From: a virus
Reading direction: 5' to 3' (one strand)
UHGV virus genome: UHGV-0207966
DNA length: 6,127 nucleotides
Each line of letters starts with the position of its first letter. The stretch's first letter is position 1. Position numbers and translations under genes: made by a program. Under the pieces are notes generated by a model. It was not told the DNA's origin. It did no database searches and saw only the letters and a list, made by a program, of their open reading frames with translations. Below, piece by piece: positions 1-5,239 of this stretch.

Positions 1-47
1 ATGGCTTCCCTAATTACATCCGCAAATAATCCAATAGCAACCTGCAT
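1..47 (-). CDS. N-terminal fragment (ATG plus about 14 codons, MQVAIGLFADVIREA...) of a gene that continues beyond the window start; apparently translationally coupled to the upstream ATPase gene
   Basis: The minus-strand ATG is at 45..47. It lies 4 nt after GGGGGTGA (the rev-comp of 52..59), and that motif overlaps the TGA stop of the ATPase gene. The frame stays open to position 1. The same GGGGGTGA Shine-Dalgarno precedes the 56-aa gene at 2227. Confidence 0.25.
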   Translation of the reverse strand, partial: MQVAIGLFADVIREA

Positions 48-51
48 CTAC

Positions 52-720
52 TCACCCCCAATCCTGCCGGTATCGGTTCATCACTGCGTAAGTATCATAA
101 CTGTCATACAGCGCAGGGGAGTGGAACCAGAAAAACCGTTTAATACTGCTGGCAACAACCTCGCCATCTACCTCCCGGGCATTTTTCGCATCAATCAGGG
201 CATTAACCTGTATACAGCGGAGCATGGTACGGCAGGCAACCGCATAGCGGAATTGCTCACGGAACGGTTTCGCGATACGGCTGAATACCTGGGATGTCCC
301 CACGATATGCTTGCGCTGTTTCCGCTGCTGGGAAACTACCGTGAAGATATTGCTATCCATCTTTTTCGATTCCAGGGAATTAAATTCCAGGTGTATCTCA
401 TCTATCAGGTATATCACCCCGGCATAGCCATTATTGATATCTGTGAAACAGTGGACACCATCCCAGGGATATACCTCAATACCCTCAGGCAGTTTCAGAT
501 CCATGTTACTACATACCTTCACCTGGGGATACAACTCACATAGTCGCTGGACATACTGAACAGCACTGATTGTCTTACCAGCACCCTGCATCCCACAAAA
601 AACAATAATCCCATCCGGGTCAAAATACTCAGGATGCTGTTTACGGAACTCTTTGTTATACTTCCAGACCTTAAACACATTCCCAATGTCCAGGGAACCC
701 ATATACCATTTAAAAGACAT
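52..720 (-). CDS. Zot / gene-I (pI)-family P-loop NTPase, the inovirus assembly ATPase. It is 222 aa and comprises only the cytoplasmic ATPase domain, with no TM segment.
   Basis: The Walker A motif is GMQGAGKT (aa 43-50) and the Walker B motif is VIYLIDEIH (aa 102-110). The inter-motif segment KVCSNMDLKLPEG and the post-Walker-B segment DEIHLEFNSLESK resemble M13 pI (KIATNLDLRLQNLP and DECGTWFNTRSW, as recalled). The start was chosen at ATG 718..720 because GGAGG sits 5 nt upstream. The ORF-track start at 750 is a GTG with no Shine-Dalgarno. Confidence 0.72.
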   Translation of the reverse strand: MSFKWYMGSLDIGNVFKVWKYNKEFRKQHPEYFDPDGIIVFCGMQGAGKTISAVQYVQRLCELYPQVKVCSNMDLKLPEGIEVYPWDGVHCFTDINNGYAGVIYLIDEIHLEFNSLESKKMDSNIFTVVSQQRKQRKHIVGTSQVFSRIAKPFREQFRYAVACRTMLRCIQVNALIDAKNAREVDGEVVASSIKRFFWFHSPALYDSYDTYAVMNRYRQDWG

Positions 721-794
721 AACAACCTCCAAACAATTCTGACAATTCACCTTTATAGATAGCCGATCCGCAACTAGAGAAAAAGAATTGTCAG

Positions 795-828
795 AAAATA
801 AAAAAAGGGAGTGGCCACCGCCACCCCC
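795..828 (-). terminator. Rho-independent terminator ending the coat-gene transcript
   Basis: The minus-strand RNA reads GGGGGUGGC-GGUG-GCCACUCCC. This is a 9-bp stem with one G-U pair and a 4-nt loop, followed immediately by UUUUUUUAUUUU. The hairpin begins 9 nt after the coat TAG stop. Confidence 0.65.
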
Positions 829-837
829 AACCCTGAG

Positions 838-1125
838 CTACATGGACACCTTACCTTTACGGAATGCTGCCATAAGGGTACGGACTGCCTTGCGACCGCC
901 CCACCACATGAACACCAGGCCAATGCCAGCGCCTATGGCTGTAGCAATCACACCGACCACGGTTGTTACGGATATTTGTCCTGTCATGGCTGTGATGATA
1001 GGCGCCCAATCCGTGGATGTGACAGTACTGGCTTCAGATGCCAAAGCCGGAAAAGATGAAACTGCCATAAGACCAGTAGCGACCGGGAGAGTGCCATACT
1101 TCTTTAAAGACTGATACAACTTCAC
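838..1125 (-). CDS. Major coat protein precursor (pVIII-type): signal peptide plus about 66-aa mature protein
   Basis: The GTG start has a perfect Shine-Dalgarno (GAAAGGAGGATTTAAG-GTG). The N-terminal signal peptide ends ...SSFPALA|SEAST, an AxA cleavage site. The mature protein has an acidic N-terminus (SEASTVTSTDW), a single hydrophobic helix (VVGVIATAIGAGIGLVFMWW) and a basic C-terminus (GRKAVRTLMAAFRKGKVSM). A strong terminator follows directly, as after gene VIII in Ff phages. Confidence 0.65.
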   Translation of the reverse strand: MKLYQSLKKYGTLPVATGLMAVSSFPALASEASTVTSTDWAPIITAMTGQISVTTVVGVIATAIGAGIGLVFMWWGGRKAVRTLMAAFRKGKVSM

Positions 1126-1140
1126 CTTAAATCCTCCTTT

Positions 1141-1374
1141 CTAGTTAATGCCCACAAGTGCAACCTTACCCGATACCGGGTTATATTCTAATTCCGCCGT
1201 TACATCGGAATAAGGTTCAATACCGGAATACCTGTCATATGCCTCCGCATCCACATAACAGCGGAGGGAATCCAATCCCTGGGCAAAGCCGGCTACATAA
1301 AATACCTGGGACGGGTCCTTAAAACCTTGCCTTTTTTCCACACCTAAAAACTTAAATTCACCTTGTACTTTCAT
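1141..1374 (-). CDS. 77-aa soluble protein in the gene-V position; putative ssDNA-binding protein, function inferred from position only
   Basis: ATG with AAGGAGG 7 nt upstream. Its stop TAG is embedded in the Shine-Dalgarno region of the coat gene. The sequence is beta-rich and hydrophilic (MKVQGEFKFLGVEKRQG...), with no TM segment. It is the first gene after a sigma70-like promoter. Confidence 0.5.
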   Translation of the reverse strand: MKVQGEFKFLGVEKRQGFKDPSQVFYVAGFAQGLDSLRCYVDAEAYDRYSGIEPYSDVTAELEYNPVSGKVALVGIN

Positions 1375-1415
1375 GACTTAACCTCCTTAACCATTCAACC
1401 AGTGACTAAAATCGT

Positions 1416-1444
1416 AATATACAAAAATCTGAAATCATGGTAAA
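1416..1444 (-). promoter_or_regulatory. Sigma70-like promoter for the 77-aa/coat transcription unit
   Basis: The minus strand reads TTTACC-N17-TGTATATT. The -35 is the rev-comp of 1439..1444 and the -10 is the rev-comp of 1416..1421, with a TG immediately upstream. The predicted start lies about 35 nt before the ATG at 1374. Confidence 0.35.
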
Positions 1445-1574
1445 ATAGTTGTACCCCTACACCTATTCGGAATGACTCAGATTTTCGGAAGGTTACCAAT
1501 GCACCTACAACAACCACTTTGACATTTGGGGATTAAAGGTTACTCCCCTGGAATACCCTCAGTATATCACATGA

Positions 1575-1600
1575 GGGGATTAACCGTCAATCCCTTTTTT
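1575..1600 (+). promoter_or_regulatory. Inverted repeat GGGGATT-N7-AATCCCT followed by TTTTTT, immediately upstream of the RHH gene's Shine-Dalgarno; candidate operator or leader attenuator
   Basis: The 7-bp arms at 1575..1581 and 1588..1594 are followed by a T-run at 1595..1600. GGGGATTAA also occurs as a direct repeat at 1528..1536, 47 nt upstream. A TTGACA hexamer lies at 1519..1524. Confidence 0.3.
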
Positions 1601-1611
1601 GAGGAGAAATT

Positions 1612-1818
1612 ATGCCAACAAAAAAACCCAAAGTACAAATTATATTAGACGAAAACATTTATCAAAAATTAAAGGATATAGCAGAACAAGACAAAAGAAG
1701 CATAAGCCAAATGGGAAGTATAATAATCGAAAACTATATCAAAAATTTTGAAGCCCAACAGAACCGGGCAGAACAGAAGGGTAAGCTGGAAAAGTCATCT
1801 ATCTCAAGGACTGGTTAA
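1612..1818 (+). CDS. Ribbon-helix-helix (Arc/MetJ/CopG-like) transcriptional regulator, 68 aa, divergent from the structural genes
   Basis: GAGGAG Shine-Dalgarno 7 nt before the ATG. A basic N-terminus leads into an alternating-hydrophobic beta-strand (KVQIILDE). Helix A is NIYQKLKDIAEQD. The turn KRSISQ resembles the GRSVNS turn of Arc. Helix B is MGSIIIENYIKNF. Confidence 0.72.
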   Translation: MPTKKPKVQIILDENIYQKLKDIAEQDKRSISQMGSIIIENYIKNFEAQQNRAEQKGKLEKSSISRTG

Positions 1819-1835
1819 AGAAACTCATGATAAAA

Positions 1836-1857
1836 CGGAGCAGTACACGCTGCTCCG
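1836..1857 (+). other. Perfect 8-bp hairpin (CGGAGCAG-uacacg-CUGCUCCG) between the RHH gene and the micro-ORF
   Basis: Read directly from the sequence. No U-run follows it. The left arm carries GGAG and the right arm CUCC, and the genuine Shine-Dalgarno AAGGAG lies 4 nt downstream. Confidence 0.4.
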
Positions 1858-1873
1858 CTGGAAGGAGAATACT

Positions 1874-1954
1874 ATGAATATTGAATCACCAAACTTTTGG
1901 ATTGCCGTCTTTATTATCGCAACTATTATCGGAATCATAATAAAGAAAAAATGA
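1874..1954 (+). CDS. 26-aa hydrophobic micro-protein (MNIESPNFWIAVFIIATIIGIIIKKK): a single TM helix with a KKK tail. It may be a pVII/pIX-like minor virion protein or a type-I-toxin-like peptide.
   Basis: ATG with GGAAGGAG 6 nt upstream. The hydrophobic core is uninterrupted and the C-terminus is basic. The longer 68-aa ORF in the track starts at a TTG with no Shine-Dalgarno and overlaps the RHH gene. Confidence 0.4.
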   Translation: MNIESPNFWIAVFIIATIIGIIIKKK

Positions 1955-2056
1955 TAGCATTCGTAAAAGCCATCACCTGTATACAAAGCAGGGCTAATTC
2001 AATATGCGTATATTGCCGTTGACATGGGGAATTAAGCCAGAACCATATTCTTTTCA

Positions 2057-2227
2057 TCATTGATTCCCCCTTTTCCTCTTACCAATAATAAGAGATGCAA
2101 TCGACACAATATCATCAAAGATATGTTTAGAAAGCAAACCCATAAAGAACCCCAATACCATTGCAACCAAGAAAAGGAAAAGCAATAATAAATAACACGT
2201 TGATACAAATACTGTTAATGAATCCAT
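2057..2227 (-). CDS. 56-aa small membrane protein with a basic C-terminus (…IGKRKRGNQ); candidate minor coat or assembly protein
   Basis: The internal ATG at 2225..2227 has AAGGGGGTGA 4 nt upstream. The ORF-track start at 2251 has no Shine-Dalgarno. The hydrophobic stretch is LTVFVSTCYLLLLFLFLVAMVLGFFMGLL, followed by an amphipathic segment and a KRKR tail. Confidence 0.5.
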   Translation of the reverse strand: MDSLTVFVSTCYLLLLFLFLVAMVLGFFMGLLSKHIFDDIVSIASLIIGKRKRGNQ

Positions 2228-2272
2228 AAAATCACCCCCTTGACAAACCAATATTTATAAGCTACACTGATA

Positions 2273-3100
2273 TCAAACCTCATATATATTAACTGATTGG
2301 GTCATGTCCCCATAACATACTTGCGAAACCTTCTTGAACCTTGAACTGTCATCCAGTTCCTGAGACAGGATAAAACGGTCTGTAGCATCCAGGGTAAAAA
2401 CCTCTTCCAAAGGCAAAACCAAATTCCTGGAACACCAATAACGCTTCCTACCATGCAGACCATTTAACATATCTTTCGTAATGTACTTTGTTATGTAGGA
2501 CGTGACCTTTTCCATCTCCCTGACCTTTGTTGCTGTCATCCAACCTAACTTATAGCTGCCTATTTTATATATCTTTTCTTTCGTCCGTACAAACTTACTT
2601 CTAAGCCCTCGAACCCTCTTTACAACATACTTACCAGTCCATACTATCTGACGTTCATTAATCCCACTAAATAATCCATGAAAATGATATGCACCATCCT
2701 TATGTTGTTCAGGCACAACCAGATAGGAGAGAGCAGGAGAGGAACGCTTTAGATTATTAAACCATTTACTGAGATACTTTGTACATTCATCATAATCATA
2801 TCGATTCACTTTATCAGGACTGAAAGTAAAAGTAACAAACCATTCCCATTCATTTGATTTAGCATAATCATAGACTTTTTTTCTTGTCCTTTTTATACTC
2901 ACCTCATCCACATGATTTTTATAATCCTTTATATCAACCAATATATCCTTACACACTTTACCATCAAACGGATTACGATCACCCCCATTACGGGGCCGTA
3001 CAGGGATACTTAAATCATCACTACCAATCGTATTCTGATAGATACGGTATTGTTTAGTAAGGTCAGGATAAGTGATTATCTTCACATTATATGGTTCCAT
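2273..3100 (-). CDS. Rolling-circle replication initiator (HUH endonuclease, superfamily-I Rep; analog of inovirus gene II / phiX174 A)
   Basis: Motif I is EWFVTFTF (aa 86-93). Motif II is AYHFHGLF (an HUH motif, aa 138-145). Motif III is YITKYITKD (aa 202-210); its two tyrosines are 4 residues apart, as in phiX174 A (YVAKYVNK). ATG start with a G-rich Shine-Dalgarno. Confidence 0.85.
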   Translation of the reverse strand: MEPYNVKIITYPDLTKQYRIYQNTIGSDDLSIPVRPRNGGDRNPFDGKVCKDILVDIKDYKNHVDEVSIKRTRKKVYDYAKSNEWEWFVTFTFSPDKVNRYDYDECTKYLSKWFNNLKRSSPALSYLVVPEQHKDGAYHFHGLFSGINERQIVWTGKYVVKRVRGLRSKFVRTKEKIYKIGSYKLGWMTATKVREMEKVTSYITKYITKDMLNGLHGRKRYWCSRNLVLPLEEVFTLDATDRFILSQELDDSSRFKKVSQVCYGDMTQSVNIYEV

Positions 3101-3153
3101 ATGACCCCCTGTTTTTATAAAAATGAGTGTTAAGTGTTTATACTGTCAAGTAA

Positions 3154-3193
3154 TGGCTACCGGACCGCACCGCTGGTGCGGTTCCGGCAGCCA
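3154..3193. repeat. GC-rich imperfect inverted repeat (hairpin of about 16 bp) in the intergenic region between the pVI-like gene and rep
   Basis: TGGCTACCGGACCGCACC-gct-GGTGCGGTTCCGGCAGCCA, with one mismatch and a 1-nt bulge. It is far more GC-rich than the flanking sequence. The TTGACA hexamer upstream of rep lies just beyond it. Confidence 0.5.
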
Positions 3194-3203
3194 TGCCAAC
3201 CAC

Positions 3204-3476
3204 TCACTCAATCCCAAGGAAAGGAATCTTCCGCAACACATACATCACAATCTTATAGACCTTCTCAAAATTCGCTACAACAATCACGAATGGCAACATG
3301 ATTTTCACCAGATCCATATTAAAGAACAGAAATACAAACCCAAGACCAGCGCGCATATATTGAAAGAGAGAACCCACTACCGTCTGTATCTCCGCTGGCA
3401 GCTCCGGAAGGTTAATCCATCCAAATATCAGTTTCAGGGCGGAAGAGAAGAGGTCAAACACACTTTCCAGAATCAA
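3204..3476 (-). CDS. 90-aa polytopic hydrophobic protein, pVI-like minor coat / membrane protein
   Basis: The TTG start overlaps the TGA stop of the upstream gene (A-TTG-A). GAGGTGA lies 7 nt upstream. There are two or three predicted TM helices (LGFVFLFFNMDLVKIMLPFVIVVANF and others). It sits directly after the pIII-like gene, as gene VI follows gene III in Ff. Confidence 0.55.
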   Translation of the reverse strand: MILESVFDLFSSALKLIFGWINLPELPAEIQTVVGSLFQYMRAGLGFVFLFFNMDLVKIMLPFVIVVANFEKVYKIVMYVLRKIPFLGIE

Positions 3477-4867
3477 TTCATCATCACCTCATTCCATTTT
3501 TCCTCACATAGCTGTACAAACGCCATCACTAAATAGATACTTGTTACGGTCTTGATTGCCACAACTACAAAGGAAAAATTAGTATCTAAAAACTCAGTCA
3601 GATTAAACGACATCTCAGGCCATAACAGATTTTCCATGATAGTGAAAGAGGGGAGTACCAGCACACAATCTGTCTGGGATGAATTAACAAAAATATCAAT
3701 GACCTCCAATAGTAAATCAATAGGGAAGGAGAGGAACCCAAACCTTTCACTGAACCAGCTATAGAGGTCATCAAAATAAGCCTTAAAATATTCGTCTGAG
3801 GGAATGAAAAGTTTCTTCAGACCATCAATGATAAAATTTCCATGGGATTCAATAGCAGTAGTGACCTTATTAGTATTGGCATCATCAGCAGCTATGATAT
3901 CATCCGTGTTCGTCCGATCAGCTTCCAATTGTTCGGTATGCTGAGTATTCATTTTGTTATATAGGTTTGTAAATTCCCCGGCAAGCTGATTCCAAAAGGC
4001 CGTAAGCTGGCTTGATATAGTCTGTGTCACGTTGACTATCTGGTCAATGATTGTATCCTGTTTTTCAACCATCTGTGCCGTGTTATCCGCAACAACGTCC
4101 GAAGAATCATAACCAGTATTACCAGACACAGGAATGTCAGCATTGTTTTTAAAATAGAAATCAAAAGATAAATCCGATATATCAAACGTTGTGTTAACAC
4201 CTTTTTTTAAGGCTAAACCAATATTAACACGGATAGAAGTACGAGTTAATTTTACATTACCTTTAACAACATAAGATTCCCCTGTATTGGTATATGACAA
4301 ACCAGTCGTAGCAAAAGCCGATTCCGTTACATTTTGTGCAGATTCATACACCTCACAAAAGCCAGAAGTTACATATTCGCCAAAATCTATATTACCCTGC
4401 AAAAATGTTGCTGTAACACCATAAGTAGCACTTGTTTTAGGTAAACCAGACTTATACACTTGCGCATACAATAAATCAGGATAATAACCAGATGCAGGAG
4501 GACTAAATCTATAAAACCCACCTGTATATACAGCATTCACCCACTTTAATGTACCAGCAGAATTACGATACCGGACACGGTACACATAATCCGTACCATA
4601 TACAAGACCATCACCAGACGACAAGAGCATAGGAGCATTTAGGTCGTCAAATGCATCAGATTCCATATATTCATCCATAGGTGTTGCATTATTTGGTGAT
4701 GCAATTAAAACATCCTTATCCAAAGATTCGACAAAATTCGAGTAGGCACCCGAGGGCCGTGCTTCAGAAGGAGTAGCGGTTGACGCATAAATGGTCAGAG
4801 GAAATAAAAGGACAATAACCAGGGAAAAACTCAATGAAAGGATTTTACGCAGCTTTGCAGCAGACAT
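3473..4867 (-). CDS. 464-aa secreted protein with a C-terminal membrane anchor; pIII-like adsorption / minor coat protein
   Basis: ATG 4865..4867 with GGAGGTG 6 nt upstream. The track's TTG at 4882 was rejected as the start. The signal peptide is MSAAKLRKILSLSFSLVIVLLFPLTIYAS. A Tyr/Gly/Thr-rich beta-type N-terminal region is followed by a central helical, coiled-coil-like segment (QDTIIDQIVNVTQTISSQLTAFWNQLAGEF). The C-terminal hydrophobic anchor is FSFVVVAIKTVTSIYLVMAFVQL. Confidence 0.6.
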   Translation of the reverse strand: MSAAKLRKILSLSFSLVIVLLFPLTIYASTATPSEARPSGAYSNFVESLDKDVLIASPNNATPMDEYMESDAFDDLNAPMLLSSGDGLVYGTDYVYRVRYRNSAGTLKWVNAVYTGGFYRFSPPASGYYPDLLYAQVYKSGLPKTSATYGVTATFLQGNIDFGEYVTSGFCEVYESAQNVTESAFATTGLSYTNTGESYVVKGNVKLTRTSIRVNIGLALKKGVNTTFDISDLSFDFYFKNNADIPVSGNTGYDSSDVVADNTAQMVEKQDTIIDQIVNVTQTISSQLTAFWNQLAGEFTNLYNKMNTQHTEQLEADRTNTDDIIAADDANTNKVTTAIESHGNFIIDGLKKLFIPSDEYFKAYFDDLYSWFSERFGFLSFPIDLLLEVIDIFVNSSQTDCVLVLPSFTIMENLLWPEMSFNLTEFLDTNFSFVVVAIKTVTSIYLVMAFVQLCEEKWNEVMMN

Positions 4868-4913
4868 GGGGCACACCTCCAACTATTCGCGAAAGTCTAG
4901 TAATCAGTAAGTA

Positions 4914-5144
4914 CTAAACAGTAGGTTCCAAACACAAAGAACCTACCGCCGAAACTATTTTGTTATGTATATCAGTAAACGCTTTTATCTGGGATTCATA
5001 TAAGACCATACGTTCATGAACATCTATATCCAAAGTATCAAAGATTCTTTTATCCCGTTCATGACGGTGTTTTATAATATCCAGTTTTTCCGTTGCCAGT
5101 ATGTCCAGATAAAGCAGTTCAGTCTTATCAAAATCCACCAGCAT
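4914..5144 (-). CDS. 76-aa cytoplasmic protein of unknown function
   Basis: The internal ATG 5142..5144 has GGAGG 6 nt upstream. The longer track ORF, which begins at 5324, would overlap the upstream gene by 85 nt and has no Shine-Dalgarno. The sequence is charged and predicted helical (LDIIKHRHERDKRIFDTLDIDVHERMVLYESQIKAF), with no TM segment. Confidence 0.45.
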   Translation of the reverse strand: MLVDFDKTELLYLDILATEKLDIIKHRHERDKRIFDTLDIDVHERMVLYESQIKAFTDIHNKIVSAVGSLCLEPTV

Positions 5145-5239
5145 AACAAACCTCCATAACGTAGATAATCCAGACAATGACGATTCGTAACCATATGGGA
5201 CATGGCACTGGGAGCGGACAAGGAAATGGGGATGTCCCG

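Noticed and set aside
1-543. 180-aa plus-strand ORF
   Set aside because: It lies entirely antisense to the well-supported pI-like ATPase gene and the downstream coupled gene. It has no Shine-Dalgarno and no recognisable motifs.
519-725. 68-aa minus-strand ORF nested out of frame in the ATPase gene
   Set aside because: It overlaps the ATPase CDS completely in another frame, and no ribosome-binding site is present.
721-750. Extended N-terminus of the ATPase from the GTG at 750
   Set aside because: No Shine-Dalgarno precedes the GTG. The internal ATG at 720 has GGAGG at ideal spacing.
788-1114. Plus-strand ORFs of 108 and 82 aa, Pro/His/Cys-rich
   Set aside because: They are antisense to the coat gene and its terminator. 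Their composition reflects the mirror of the coat gene's Gly/Ala codons.
1748-1873. Long 68-aa version of the micro-ORF
   Set aside because: It begins at a TTG with no Shine-Dalgarno inside the RHH gene. The ATG at 1874 has a strong Shine-Dalgarno and gives the hydrophobic peptide alone.
2025-2080. GGGGAAT...ATTCCCC inverted repeat between the convergent micro-ORF and the 56-aa gene
   Set aside because: The 7-bp arms are separated by about 30 nt and partly overlap the coding end of the 56-aa gene. It is only weakly terminator-like.
2228-2251. Eight extra N-terminal codons on the 56-aa protein
   Set aside because: The Shine-Dalgarno AAGGGGGTGA lies between the two ATGs and serves the second.
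3123-3764. Plus-strand ORFs of 137 and 70 aa
   Set aside because: They are antisense to the pVI-like and pIII-like genes and the intergenic region. They have no Shine-Dalgarno. The first also spans the intergenic hairpin.
4868-4882. TTG-initiated five-codon extension of the pIII-like protein
   Set aside because: The ATG at 4867 has GGAGGTG at 6 nt and yields a canonical signal peptide beginning MSAAKLRK.
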